This document shows positions 37,032 through 47,255 of a stretch of 64,000 nt of DNA, one piece after another. Each line of letters starts with the position of its first letter. The stretch's first letter is position 1. The notes below the pieces were generated by a model. It saw nothing but the letters and a program-made list of their open reading frames with translations, was not told the DNA's origin and made no database searches. Source of the DNA: a bacterium. Lineage in GTDB: Bacteria; Joyebacterota; Joyebacteria; Joyebacterales; Joyebacteraceae. Both the position numbers and the translations under genes were made by a program. Where the stretch lies: assembly GCA_029990205.1 (NCBI GenBank), contig JAPEKQ010000004.1, positions 5,109 through 69,108 on the forward strand. The letters run 5' to 3'.

Positions 37032-38495
37032 CTAGTAATAGATCCTTACGAATGCCTTGAACACCTGCTCTGTCGTCGTCGACGAGCCGTGGTCGACGAA
37101 GTCGCCGTCGTTCGTGAAGTCGTTGCTGTGGTCCGAATTGCCGTACTCCACGAAGAACTCGGCGCCCGACCAGGCAAGGTACCTGATCTGGGCGAACGCC
37201 GTCTGACGCGACTCGGTGAGCTCGTCGACGTTCATCACGCGCGCGTAGAACTTCCAGTTGTCGCTCAGGTTGACGTTCACTCCGAACCCGTAGGCTGTCA
37301 GTTCGTAGTCGGAGTCGATGTCCTTGATGCGGTACTGGAGCACGAGTTTGACGAGCCGGTTCTCACCGGTGACCTCGGTGAAGAGGTTCGGCCAGACGCC
37401 ATCGCGGTTCTCGTAGACCTTGTACTCAACCTTGCCGGTGAAGCCGTTGACAAACTCGAGGTATGCCTCGGTCCCCCACTCCTGCTTGACTCCCTCCTCG
37501 GCGTCGTCCCCCTCCTTCGGCGAATCCTTGTAGGTCCACCCCTTCAGGTTGATCGCCTTGGTCGGGATGCGGTAGTGCGCTTCGGCGTAGTACCTGCTGT
37601 ATCCGTTCTTGTTCTTCTGGTCTCCGCTCGCCATCTGCTCGGCGTAGAAGATCTCGCCGATGTCCTCATAGGAGACCAGGAACCGCAGCGGCCCGACCTT
37701 GAGGTCGCGAAGCTCGGTCTTGAAACCGTTGCGTCCTTCGTCACCCGGGTGCCGCGGATCACGCGATGTGTTCCGGCCGTACTCGGTCGCCCAGGTCATC
37801 CGGCCGAAACGACGGAGCGCCGGGACCAGCTCGCCGACCGCGACCTCGCCGTCGAACGCGATGACCTCATCGAAGTCCGAGTAGTCGCACCGGGCATACG
37901 TGCTTCCGAGCACGATCCGGTCGCTCGCGAAGTCGCGGGTCACGCGACCGCCTCGGTACTCGTTCTCGTAGCTCGTGTCGCTGTAGAACGCGGCGCCCTG
38001 GAACCCGTAGGTGTCCCAGAAGTCGAGTCGGATTCCCTGCGCGCGCGGACCGTACGAGTCATCCTTCACCCATCCCTGGTCGAGCACGCCGAGGAGCGGT
38101 TCGTTGAGCCAGAACCGGTCCTGCCTCGAGAAGAGGTACGCCTCAACACGGCTCCCCCGGAACCGGATGTGTCCCTCCTTGAGGTAGAGGAGGGAAGTCT
38201 TCTCGTACGTGTCCGTCTCCTCCGAATCCTGCCAGTTGTTGGACTCCGCGACGAGCTTCAGGAACGTGTCGATATCCGTCCACGGGCTGGTCTTCAGCCT
38301 GAGCTCGGCGTAGAGCCGCGGGTTGTCGAGTCCCCAGCTCGGGTCTCCACCTCCGCTGCTCCTGATCTCCGTCATCAGATCGGAGTACCCCTCCAGCGTC
38401 GTGATAGCCGCCGCCGGCGGAGCCAGAGCCAGGAGCAGGACGGTCGCAAGGAACACTGCGGTTCCGGCCGTCCCGAATCTCCTCTGTCGTGTCAA
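37032..38495 (-). CDS. Outer-membrane beta-barrel protein (488 aa).
   Basis: TTG start with AAGGAG 6 nt upstream gives MTRQRRFGTAGTAVFLATVLLLALAPPAAA. C-terminal ...KAFVRIYY. Confidence 0.55.
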   Translation of the reverse strand: MTRQRRFGTAGTAVFLATVLLLALAPPAAAITTLEGYSDLMTEIRSSGGGDPSWGLDNPRLYAELRLKTSPWTDIDTFLKLVAESNNWQDSEETDTYEKTSLLYLKEGHIRFRGSRVEAYLFSRQDRFWLNEPLLGVLDQGWVKDDSYGPRAQGIRLDFWDTYGFQGAAFYSDTSYENEYRGGRVTRDFASDRIVLGSTYARCDYSDFDEVIAFDGEVAVGELVPALRRFGRMTWATEYGRNTSRDPRHPGDEGRNGFKTELRDLKVGPLRFLVSYEDIGEIFYAEQMASGDQKNKNGYSRYYAEAHYRIPTKAINLKGWTYKDSPKEGDDAEEGVKQEWGTEAYLEFVNGFTGKVEYKVYENRDGVWPNLFTEVTGENRLVKLVLQYRIKDIDSDYELTAYGFGVNVNLSDNWKFYARVMNVDELTESRQTAFAQIRYLAWSGAEFFVEYGNSDHSNDFTNDGDFVDHGSSTTTEQVFKAFVRIYY

Positions 38496-38612
38496 GGGCT
38501 GCTCCTTGTCTCCGTCACACCCTCGTGACTTCCTGCGTGTCTTCAGTGTCGTGATACACGAATCGGTCCGCGGCACCTGCGCCGGCTGCGCGCCGGCCGC
38601 TGCCCGCGAACC

Positions 38613-39500
38613 CTACCAGACGAACATCGCCGAGAGCCGATAGAGACTCCCGATGCGCCGCTCGGAGAGCAGCGCCACGTCGACCAGGAGGTTCTTCGAC
38701 TTGATGCCGACTCCCGCCGTGATCCGGTCGCGGTTCATCCCCGCCCGGAGCGCGAACGCGTCGTAGAACCAGACCTCGGTGCCGATGTTGATGGATGACT
38801 TCTCGTCGTAGTACGCCGGCGCCTCGCGCGGAACGCGCCACTCCGCCGACATGAGCATCACACCGCGGAACAGATACGACCCGCCGATCCGCATCTCGGC
38901 GTAAACCGGGTCGATGTCGTCCGGCGCGGTCGTGTCGAGAAGCTGAAGCTCCGGCTCGCCGAGGTTCCGGAGGACGCCGCCGGCGCTCCAACTCCCTCGG
39001 CGGTAGAGCACTCCGAGATCGGCCGCGAACGCCGCGTCGCCGTCCCCGCTGAAGGCGGGGTCGTTGTAGTACTCGTATCCGGGCGCGTCGATCGAGAACC
39101 GCTTGAGCGCGACGCCCGCAGCGAGCCCCTCGACAAAACACCCGTTGAAACCGTATCCGGCGATGAGCGTGTCCTCGTTGTAGAGGTCCTCCGCCCCGGT
39201 CCGCATCCACCCGGCGGCCGCGCCGTGCGTCCCGTTCCCGTACCCGGCGATCGCCGCGTCCTCGGACACGCCGTCCACACCGTAGACGCTGGTGCGCATC
39301 CCGAACACCTGGATCTGCTCGAGCGTCGCGAGACCCGCGGGATTCCAGTGCAGCGCCGTGACATCATCCGCGACGGCGACGAACGCGCCCCCCATGCCCA
39401 TCGCCCGCGCGCCGAGTTCGGTCTCAACGAAGTTGGCCGAGACTGTCGCCGGTATGAGCGCGAGCGCCGCGCAGAGGACGAGCGTTGCTGTTCTCTTCAT
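38613..39500 (-). CDS. FadL-fold outer-membrane beta-barrel of the T9SS-associated PorV/PorQ/PorP(SprF) type.
   Basis: Signal peptide MKRTATLVLCAALALIPATVSA. N-terminal motif GARAMGMGGAFVAVADDVTALHWNPAGLA is characteristic of the FadL/PorV-like family. C-terminus ends in aromatic ...MFVW. Located 9 bp downstream of a T9SS cargo gene. Confidence 0.6.
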   Translation of the reverse strand: MKRTATLVLCAALALIPATVSANFVETELGARAMGMGGAFVAVADDVTALHWNPAGLATLEQIQVFGMRTSVYGVDGVSEDAAIAGYGNGTHGAAAGWMRTGAEDLYNEDTLIAGYGFNGCFVEGLAAGVALKRFSIDAPGYEYYNDPAFSGDGDAAFAADLGVLYRRGSWSAGGVLRNLGEPELQLLDTTAPDDIDPVYAEMRIGGSYLFRGVMLMSAEWRVPREAPAYYDEKSSINIGTEVWFYDAFALRAGMNRDRITAGVGIKSKNLLVDVALLSERRIGSLYRLSAMFVW

Positions 39501-39509
39501 GTGCGCTCC

Positions 39510-42500
39510 TTACTTGATGACGACCACGGGGCGGTTGATCCGCTCGTAGGTCGGCTGCTGTTCGAATTTGGCTTCGACTCTCATGACGTAGATTCCATAC
39601 GGGACGACCTCACCGTGCATGTCGGTCCCGTCCCACGTGATCTGGTTCGGCGTCCTGCCGAGATACTCGGTCGCCTGGTGCCAGACGAGACGCCTGACGA
39701 GCTTGCCGGCCAGATCGTAGAACTCGATGTTGACGTGGTCGGCCTCGCGCGACAGGTAGAACGTGACGGTCATCTCGTCGTAGAGACCGTCACCGTTCGG
39801 GGAGAACGGGTTCGGCTCGGTCAGCACACCGGAGAGACCCGCGTCATCGTCGAATCCGAGCGCGTCCCAGTAGAACACGCCGAGTTCGCCGAGATCCTGC
39901 GTCTCCGTCGAGACGGTGTTCCCGCTCGGCGAGTTGGCCGCGCCGCTGAGGATCCACCGTTCCGTCAGTGTGTTCCATTCGAAGAGACCGAACTTCGCCT
40001 CCTCGAGCGAGCCGACGTCGTACTGCGGGTAGTGGAGAGCGACGGAGATGGGCGACGCTGCCGAGACCGGCGAGCCGCCGGACTCCAGCGTGATCTCACG
40101 CGCCGTCCCGAGGTACTCCATGTCGTCCCGGATGTTGCTGTCGTCGATCTCGATCGACGGAAGCGCTCTGACGATAACGTCCACGTCCGCTCGCTGCGAC
40201 AGATCGCCGTCGGTGAGCGTCACGACGGTGCCGTCCTGGAACACCAGATCGTAGCCCTCGCCGAGCGAAGTCGTGTCGGCGACCGTGATCGCCTGTTCCT
40301 CCGCCCACGGCTCCGGGATCGCGATCTCGAACGGGCCGGCCGTGATGTCGTTCTCATACTGCGAGGCGTCCATGGCCCGGATGCTCGCTGTGATAGCGCG
40401 CGCCTGGCCGGTGACGTTGAGCGTGAGCTCGTTCGTCGCGCTGACGATCTCGCTGCGCGAGACGGCCGCGGCCCAGATGTCGCCCTTGAGGTTGACCATG
40501 TCGACCGAGTGCTGCGCCGTGTCGCCGTAGGCCTCCCACAGGAATGTCGCCTCTTCGACGCCCGAGCCGACGTCCTCGATAGTCGTCCAGAAGACGGCGG
40601 GCGCCTCATCGAGCGCGATCCACGGCACGTGCTGAATCGTGCCCTCGGGGACAAAGCTCGTGATGACCGGCGGCGAGTAGTCCTCGGCAAAGCTCGCCTC
40701 GAGGACGCAGGCGACCATGTTGTTGTCGAACCGCTCCTGTGCCTCGTCGGTCGTGTAGTCGAGCATCTCCTCCTGCGTGCGGCCCGGCTCGTGCCCGGCG
40801 CCGCAGCTCACGGCCACGTCGATGATGTTCGCGTCGCGGTCACGGCCGTCCTCGCTGTCGGCCCCGCCGCCGAACTGCCACTGCTGCGTGTTGGCGTTGA
40901 TCCACCGGATGCCGCCGAGATTCTCATCGCTCGAGTCGCCGTCGTGCGAGGACAGGCAGACGATGACGTCCCATTCCAGGATGGCGCTCTCCAGATCGGC
41001 GCCGACATCGAACAGGTCGCGATGAACGCGGACATCGATCGTGTCGTCCTCGTAGTTGTTGCAGAACGAGATGTCACTGTCGTTCTTGTAGAGACCCCAG
41101 TTCGCCGAGGAGTTCGAGTCGTTCGAGATGACGAACCACTTGCCCCATCCCTCGACGGAGATGCCGTAGTCCCAGGCGTCGACGGTCGCGATGTCGGTGT
41201 TCCGGCTCGGGAACCCGTTGGTCGAACCGGCGCCTTCCTTGGCATCGATGTAGATGTCGAGCTTCTGGAGGTTCATGTCCGTGCGGTACTCGCTGTCGCA
41301 CGTCGCTTCGCTCGGGTTCGGCGCGCCCCAGTCGGCGGCGCCGTCATCGAGATGGCTCACAAGATCAGCGACCGTCGTACGGAACACGACGTAGTCACCA
41401 TCGATGAAGATCTCCTCGCGGATGATGTCGAACGAACCCTCGAAGAAGACCGTGTCCGTCGGATAGTGATAGTAGAGACCCTCGATCGGCGTGCCGTCCG
41501 CCGTACCGTCGTCGGTCTGGTTCGGACCGTGGTCGTCCCCCTCTTCGTCATCGAAGTCGCGGATGGCCACGGCCGGGTTGTTCACCGTCACGGTGATCGA
41601 ACCCGATGCCGGCCACACGTTCGTGGCGTCTCGCGCCGTGATCGTGACGGTCTGGTCGCCGTCCGAGGCGCCCGAGGTCAGGATCTCGGAGGCCGAGTAG
41701 GTCCCGTCGCCGGCGGTCACATCCGCTCCGGCGCCATCGTCGAGCATCCGGATGAGCTCGGTCCCGCCGATGGTCGACAGATCGAGGAACACATCCCCGA
41801 TGCCGCCGCCCGTATCGGTCACTTCGATGGTGTACGTCACGAGGTCACCGGGCGCGGCCGGTGTCGGCACGGCAAGGCCGCCCGCGACCGTCGGCGCGTC
41901 ACCCTCCTCCCGGACGACGTAGGTCGTGTAATTGCCGAGCGTCACCGGCGTCGTTGCGGTCTCCCACCACTCGCCGGTCTCGGGCACCATGTCGTGCGTG
42001 GCGTCGTGCGGCACCGAATCGAGCGCCGCGCGCTTCTCGCCGTCCGTCTCCTGGGTCAGGTAGATCTCGAGCCGCACGGTGTCGCCGGGCGACGCCTCGA
42101 TCACCGAGAGCGGCACCTGGACCACGGCCGTGGTCTCGGTCTTGTAGGTCAGTCCCTGCGACACACCGTTGACGCCCTCGGCCCAACCGATGCGCCACTC
42201 CTCGTTGTCGAAGTCGTAGTGCTCCCACTCGCTCCCGGTGTGGCGGCGGAGGTCGGAGTAATCGTCGGCCGCGTACTTGTACGTGAAGCAGTAGTCCGGC
42301 ACGTTCGTGTGCCCGTAGTTGACCGGGAAGCCGAAGGGATCGCTCGCCCCGCCGTTGGCGTCCGCGTGCGTCTCGAACAGCGTCATCAGATGGACGCCGT
42401 CCCAGTTCGAGTTGAACGTGAGCGTAACGGTGAGGTCGTCCTCGTCGTTCGTCACACTGAGGATGGTCAGGTCGACGCCCTCGAGGCTGTTGTGGTCCGG

Positions 42501-44840
42501 ATCCGACTCGGGCGCCGTCTCGTCGATCTCGACGATCGTCGCGTCGACCGGTAGGTAGACGGTCTCGACCGACAGGCCGCTGGTCGTCCCGGTGATCTCG
42601 ATCGTCCCGTAGGACGTGCCCGCGGTGATCTCACCCGTCGCCATGCCCGTCGCATCCGTCACGATGGGTGTGTCGAGCGAGGCCACCAGGCTCGCCGGCG
42701 TCGCCGTCAGATCGATCGAGAGCCCCTGCTGCGCCACGGCGTTCCCGTAGTCATCCACAACAGCGGCCGTCAGCGTTGCGCTCTCTCCCGTCCTGAGAGC
42801 GACGGGCGATGCCGACAGCTCCACGAGCGCCGCCGCGTCGGGACTGATGGCTATGTCGAGCGTATCGACGTCGATGCTCGCGTACGCCGACGCCGCATCG
42901 ATGGTCGCGCTGACGTACGTCGTTCCCGCCGACGTCGAGCTGAACACCGTGATGAACCGGCCGTTCGGGTCGGTCGTCGGACTCGAAACGCTGAAGCTGC
43001 CGCCGGCACCCGTCGCCGTCATGCCGACATCGACATCCGCGATCTTCGCGTCGTTGCCGCTGCCGTCCTTCAGCTGACCGGTGACGATCGTCCCGGTGTC
43101 GCCGGCTGTGACCGCGAACTCCGTCGCGGTCAGCGCCAGGAGCGTGGGCCGCGCGGCGCCGATGCCGACCTCGAGCACGCCCGTGCTCCTGGTCGGCGTC
43201 CCCGCGTAGAGCCGGAGCACCTCGATCTCGTCGTCGGCGATGCGGACGCCCGCGCGGCCGTCGACAAACATATCCGAGGTCAGGGTCCAGCTCGGAATGG
43301 GGATCGAGTTGGTATCGGCGATGACGACCGTGCCGTCGGGAGGGTAGGTCGGGTCGAGCTTCGTCACCGAGAGCACGACGCCGTCCTGCGCGTCGTAGTC
43401 CCAGTAGGCGACGCGGTCCTCGTCGTCGCGCGGCTCGATCCACGCGTCGGCGTAGTAGTAGATCTCATCGTCGGGCAGACTCACCGTCGTGCCGACGCCG
43501 TAGACCGTGACCCCGGTGGAATCGACGTAGCAGTACTTCGTCGCCTCGACAGCAGCGAGCGTCATCAGTCCGACGTCCACGGTGTCGCCGTCCGCGATGG
43601 TTGCGGAGACCTGCGAAGGAACGTATCCCTTCGCGTCCGCCATCACGATCCAGTCCCCGTCGAGCACTGTCGCGATCGAGAACGCGCCGGCTCCGCCGCT
43701 GACGGTGAACGTTCCGTCCCCGCCCGGCTGCATGGTCGTAGCATCGTAGACCGTGACGTCCACGTCCTCCGCCGGGCCGCCCGTGAGAGCGACTTCGCCC
43801 TCGATGCGCCCGGTGACCTTCATCATAGAGAAGTCGACATCCTCGAGCTCCGGCTCACCGGAGAGCACGACGTCCTCGATGGTCTCTGAGAGATACGAGT
43901 CGGCCGTCGCGACCACATCGTAGGTGCCGTCCGGCACGAGGTAGACCGTGTAGTCGCCGCCGCCGGGACCGGTCTGCCCGCTCTTGACGGCCGTCGCGCC
44001 GTCGTACGCGGTGACCGTCACAACCGTGGTGTCGTCCAGAGGATCATCGAGTGTTACGGTACCGGAGATGGAGCCACCCGGCGGGAACCCCTCATCCGGG
44101 ACCCCATCACCGTTGGCGTCGACCGGAACCTCGTAATAGTTGTCGAGGTCGGTGATCGCGTCCCACGCGGTACCGCCGTTCGACTCAATGCCGGTCGACG
44201 ACGTGGGCATCGCGTCGTACGCGCCCGACCCGTCTCCGCCGACGACGGCGGCGATGAACCTCAGGGTCGTGCCGTTCGGAACGACACCCTCACCAAGCCC
44301 GAACATCCCGTCCCAGTTGAATCGCGCCTCGAAGTGCTTCCAACCGGGGTTGCCCTGCGAGTAGCCCCCGACGAAGTCGGTCGTGGCGGTCGGGTCAGTG
44401 CAGTGCTTGATCTCAAACACACCCGGCAGATTCCAGCCACCCATCACGACATCCGCACCTATCGTGCTGAACGTGATCTGCCTCTGGTAGAAATCGGCCC
44501 CGGTGAAGTCGGTGGCGCCTGTGATCCCGTTCTGCGCGTCGGTATCGATGAACAGGAGGTATCCGTTCCCGTAGCTGCTCGGGCCGTTCACGGTCGTCAC
44601 ACCGATATAGAGACTGTCGGCGTCCCAGGTGACGTAGAGGTCGACCAGATCCGCGTCGCTCGCGCCCCACCGGTTGTCGTTGTCCGGATCCACCACACCC
44701 AGTTCGTCCGGCGCCCAGTCGTTGGGCTCCTCCGTGACGTGCCCGTTGATGTGCGGGCTGTTGTAGGTCTTGGCGAACGCCCCGCTGCTCGCGAGGACGG
44801 CGGCGAGGACCAGAACCGCTATGAACAGGCTTCTTCGCAT
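39510..44840 (-). CDS. Giant multidomain cell-surface protein (1776 aa). Domains: carboxypeptidase-regulatory-like, Big/Ig-like repeats, glucodextranase DOMON-like domain, and a C-terminal T9SS sorting domain.
   Basis: Start moved to the ATG at 44840 (MRRSLFIAVLVLAAVLASSGAFA). C-terminal NPFSPNGDGLYDEMTVTFYL...ITWDGTDMHGEVVPYGIYVMRVEA. Internal SGTVTLDDP...YDVVATADSY (CarboxypepD_reg-like). Confidence 0.8.
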   Translation of the reverse strand: MRRSLFIAVLVLAAVLASSGAFAKTYNSPHINGHVTEEPNDWAPDELGVVDPDNDNRWGASDADLVDLYVTWDADSLYIGVTTVNGPSSYGNGYLLFIDTDAQNGITGATDFTGADFYQRQITFSTIGADVVMGGWNLPGVFEIKHCTDPTATTDFVGGYSQGNPGWKHFEARFNWDGMFGLGEGVVPNGTTLRFIAAVVGGDGSGAYDAMPTSSTGIESNGGTAWDAITDLDNYYEVPVDANGDGVPDEGFPPGGSISGTVTLDDPLDDTTVVTVTAYDGATAVKSGQTGPGGGDYTVYLVPDGTYDVVATADSYLSETIEDVVLSGEPELEDVDFSMMKVTGRIEGEVALTGGPAEDVDVTVYDATTMQPGGDGTFTVSGGAGAFSIATVLDGDWIVMADAKGYVPSQVSATIADGDTVDVGLMTLAAVEATKYCYVDSTGVTVYGVGTTVSLPDDEIYYYADAWIEPRDDEDRVAYWDYDAQDGVVLSVTKLDPTYPPDGTVVIADTNSIPIPSWTLTSDMFVDGRAGVRIADDEIEVLRLYAGTPTRSTGVLEVGIGAARPTLLALTATEFAVTAGDTGTIVTGQLKDGSGNDAKIADVDVGMTATGAGGSFSVSSPTTDPNGRFITVFSSTSAGTTYVSATIDAASAYASIDVDTLDIAISPDAAALVELSASPVALRTGESATLTAAVVDDYGNAVAQQGLSIDLTATPASLVASLDTPIVTDATGMATGEITAGTSYGTIEITGTTSGLSVETVYLPVDATIVEIDETAPESDPDHNSLEGVDLTILSVTNDEDDLTVTLTFNSNWDGVHLMTLFETHADANGGASDPFGFPVNYGHTNVPDYCFTYKYAADDYSDLRRHTGSEWEHYDFDNEEWRIGWAEGVNGVSQGLTYKTETTAVVQVPLSVIEASPGDTVRLEIYLTQETDGEKRAALDSVPHDATHDMVPETGEWWETATTPVTLGNYTTYVVREEGDAPTVAGGLAVPTPAAPGDLVTYTIEVTDTGGGIGDVFLDLSTIGGTELIRMLDDGAGADVTAGDGTYSASEILTSGASDGDQTVTITARDATNVWPASGSITVTVNNPAVAIRDFDDEEGDDHGPNQTDDGTADGTPIEGLYYHYPTDTVFFEGSFDIIREEIFIDGDYVVFRTTVADLVSHLDDGAADWGAPNPSEATCDSEYRTDMNLQKLDIYIDAKEGAGSTNGFPSRNTDIATVDAWDYGISVEGWGKWFVISNDSNSSANWGLYKNDSDISFCNNYEDDTIDVRVHRDLFDVGADLESAILEWDVIVCLSSHDGDSSDENLGGIRWINANTQQWQFGGGADSEDGRDRDANIIDVAVSCGAGHEPGRTQEEMLDYTTDEAQERFDNNMVACVLEASFAEDYSPPVITSFVPEGTIQHVPWIALDEAPAVFWTTIEDVGSGVEEATFLWEAYGDTAQHSVDMVNLKGDIWAAAVSRSEIVSATNELTLNVTGQARAITASIRAMDASQYENDITAGPFEIAIPEPWAEEQAITVADTTSLGEGYDLVFQDGTVVTLTDGDLSQRADVDVIVRALPSIEIDDSNIRDDMEYLGTAREITLESGGSPVSAASPISVALHYPQYDVGSLEEAKFGLFEWNTLTERWILSGAANSPSGNTVSTETQDLGELGVFYWDALGFDDDAGLSGVLTEPNPFSPNGDGLYDEMTVTFYLSREADHVNIEFYDLAGKLVRRLVWHQATEYLGRTPNQITWDGTDMHGEVVPYGIYVMRVEAKFEQQPTYERINRPVVVIK

Positions 44841-44982
44841 TCGAGACTCCTCAGACGGGCCGCCACGCACGGCGGCGATGCATCGAAACCGGAGGGGCGG
44901 AGCCACATGCGCCACCCCACTGGGGGATGTGGTGGCCCTCCTCCGGTCCTGCCGTTGCAGTGATTGTCATTTTGGTGGGAAA

Positions 44983-45011
44983 ATGCTATCAGACGCGGGC
45001 CGCGCGGTCAA
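44983..45011 (-). promoter_or_regulatory. Candidate sigma70-type promoter TTGACC-17-TAGCAT for the giant cargo gene.
   Basis: Minus strand reads cTTGACCgcgcggcccgcgtctgaTAGCATttt. It is followed by a leader of about 136 nt holding the hairpin GCCACC...GGTGGC (44908-44938). Confidence 0.4.
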
Positions 45012-45081
45012 GCCGGACGCACGGAACACGCCTGTATGTGGGCTCTTACGCGGTATCCAGGAGGTCTGGGAGGTCGCCCGA

Positions 45082-45864
45082 CTACGTCGTCTGGGGCTCC
45101 GTCTGAACAGCCGCCCGCGTCTCGGCGAGCGCCGAGACGAGCGACGGGAGGACCTCTCCTGCTCGACCGATGAGGGTCGTGTCGATGAGGACCGAGATCG
45201 CCGTGTACTCAGTATTGACCTCGACGACGAACGCCCCGCTGTGCTTGGCGACCAGCGGCAGTGATGAGGCTGGCCTCACTAATGCCGACGTCCCCACCAC
45301 GAGCATCGCGTCACAGTCGCTCGCCGCATCGTACGACGCATCGTACGCCTCCGGCGGCAGCGGCTCGCCGAACCAGACGACGTCCGGACGAATCAGGGCT
45401 CCGCAGCTCTTGCATCTGGGGGGAAGCTCAGACAGCGGTGTATCCGGAAGGTCGACGAGGGTCTGTTCCTTCGTGCATCTCCCCCGCCAGATATTGCCGT
45501 GAAGCTCGATCGGGTTCGTGCTCCCGGCGCGGGCGTGGAGCCCGTCCACGTTCTGTGTGACGAGCATGAAGTCGTCACAGCTCTTCTCGAGATCGGCGAT
45601 CGCCGTGTGCGCGGGGTTCGGGGTGGCATCGGCGATCATCTGCCGGCGGTACTCGTACCAGCGCCAGACGAGCTCGGGGTCGCTCTGGAAGGCCTCCCAT
45701 GTCGCGAGATCCTCGGCTCCGTAGTTCTCCCAGAGCCCGTTCCTTCCGCGAAACGTCGGGATACCGCTCTCGCTCGATACGCCGGCGCCGGTGAGGACAA
45801 CGAGGCGGTCCGCTCGACTCAGGCGTTCCACCAGCTCCTGGGTGACGCCGCTCGGCGAGTCCAT
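45082..45864 (-). CDS. cobB: NAD-dependent protein deacylase, Sir2/CobB family.
   Basis: GAGVSSESGIPTFRG Rossmann/NAD motif. Zn-binding Cys pairs (CTKEQ...CKSCG). HG..W active-site region. Strong GGAAGGAGGAGG Shine-Dalgarno sequence. Confidence 0.85.
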   Translation of the reverse strand: MDSPSGVTQELVERLSRADRLVVLTGAGVSSESGIPTFRGRNGLWENYGAEDLATWEAFQSDPELVWRWYEYRRQMIADATPNPAHTAIADLEKSCDDFMLVTQNVDGLHARAGSTNPIELHGNIWRGRCTKEQTLVDLPDTPLSELPPRCKSCGALIRPDVVWFGEPLPPEAYDASYDAASDCDAMLVVGTSALVRPASSLPLVAKHSGAFVVEVNTEYTAISVLIDTTLIGRAGEVLPSLVSALAETRAAVQTEPQTT

Positions 45865-45904
45865 CGCCTCCTCCTTCCGGACGCGGTGCGTCCTTCGGTG
45901 GGAA

Positions 45905-46804
45905 CTACATCACAACCGGATCCGAGCCCTCGTCCGTGACCCGGGGTACACCGAAGTTCTGCTCCCGTTTGAACCGGAAACTCCAGTTCGGGGAGCCGTA
46001 GCTCGTGCAGTTCATACATCGAATACAGTCGACACTGCCGATCTGCTCAGGGACCTTGAGGTCCATCGGACAGTGGAACGAGCAGTGCCTGCATGTCGCG
46101 CAGTTGGTGAAGTCCGACCCCTTCGCGTACGCGATGGCGCAGCTGTCGAGGTCCACGTTCATCTGGAGCAGACTGAACTTGTTCGTCAGTCCGAACAGCG
46201 CTCCGAGCGGACAGAGGAACCGGCAGAACGGACGCTTCGCGAACATCATGAACACGACGCAGCCGACGAGAACGACGATCTTGAGCTTGAACATCCACGT
46301 CGTGAAGTCCATACCCTCGGCCCAGGCCGACCCCTGCGACTTGAAGAAGAGCCACGGGATCCCCGCGCCGAGCGTTCCGGCCGGGCAGATCTTGCAGAAC
46401 CACGGCTCCATCGTCCACCAGGCGATCCCGCCGACCACGACGATCAGCACGACGAACTTGAGATGTCGCAGCCAGTCGGGGAGCTTCAGGTTCGGGACCT
46501 TGACCTTGTTGATGATGTCCTGGAGCCACCCGAACGGGCAGAGCCAGCCGCACGGCCAGCGCCCGACGAAGAGCCCGATCGCACCGAGGGTGCCGAGGAC
46601 ATAGAACGGGAACGCCTTGACGATGAGGAAGTGCTGGAGCGTCCCGACCGGACAGCTGCCCCACGCCATCGGGCAGGCGTAGCAGTTGAGAACAGGAACA
46701 CAGGCGCCCTTGAGGGTGCCCTGGTAGAAACTCATCTTCGGAATCGCCGCGAAGTAGGAGTTCGTGGCGAGCAAACCGAGGAACTGGACGATTCTGCGCT
46801 TCAC
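45905..46804 (-). CDS. Membrane-bound polyferredoxin / 4Fe-4S binding protein (NapH/MauN-like).
   Basis: Several TM helices plus CxxCxxCP-type clusters (CATCRHCSFHCP, CIRCMNC) and CPxGxL motifs. Confidence 0.65.
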   Translation of the reverse strand: MKRRIVQFLGLLATNSYFAAIPKMSFYQGTLKGACVPVLNCYACPMAWGSCPVGTLQHFLIVKAFPFYVLGTLGAIGLFVGRWPCGWLCPFGWLQDIINKVKVPNLKLPDWLRHLKFVVLIVVVGGIAWWTMEPWFCKICPAGTLGAGIPWLFFKSQGSAWAEGMDFTTWMFKLKIVVLVGCVVFMMFAKRPFCRFLCPLGALFGLTNKFSLLQMNVDLDSCAIAYAKGSDFTNCATCRHCSFHCPMDLKVPEQIGSVDCIRCMNCTSYGSPNWSFRFKREQNFGVPRVTDEGSDPVVM

Positions 46805-46843
46805 TGCTGCGTCCGCCTTCCGCTGGCGCGACCGTGAGGTCCG

Positions 46844-46987
46844 CTACGCAACGCCGATACAAGTCAGACAGATCATCGCGCCGTTCGATAGCGTCTCCCA
46901 GAAGTCACCAACGGAGAGGCCATAGGCGATGGCTGCGCCGAAGAGAATGAAGAACAGTGTGAAGAGGAATATGCGCACGGTGTTCAC
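46844..46987 (-). CDS. Possible small single-TM membrane protein.
   Basis: Hydrophobic segment RIFLFTLFFILFGAAIAYGL. Start unclear and no homology recognised. Confidence 0.25.
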   Translation of the reverse strand: MNTVRIFLFTLFFILFGAAIAYGLSVGDFWETLSNGAMICLTCIGVA

Positions 46988-47184
46988 CCACGCTGTGCCC
47001 GCCCATCGGCGGACCGTCGAACCGCTTGTCCGGACACCGCAGACGCGGTCGTCCGACACGTGAAACAGCATTCCACGTCAGTGGGGAGTACTCTTCGATT
47101 CTAGGCCGTCACGTGAGGGTCCGTCAAGCGGAAAGCCCCTTGCCGCTGGGGGTTTGCGCGGACGCCAACCATCGCACAGGCAAC

Positions 47185-47210
47185 GAGCGGGGCCCTCTCG
47201 GACCCCGCTC
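47185..47210 (-). terminator. Hairpin GAGCGGGG-10 nt loop-CCCCGCTC, 46 nt after the ppdK stop.
   Basis: 8-bp GC stem. No strong U-tract. Confidence 0.35.
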
Positions 47211-47255
47211 GCGAACCGCTTCGAATGAACATGTCGCCGGGAACCGGCGGACGCG

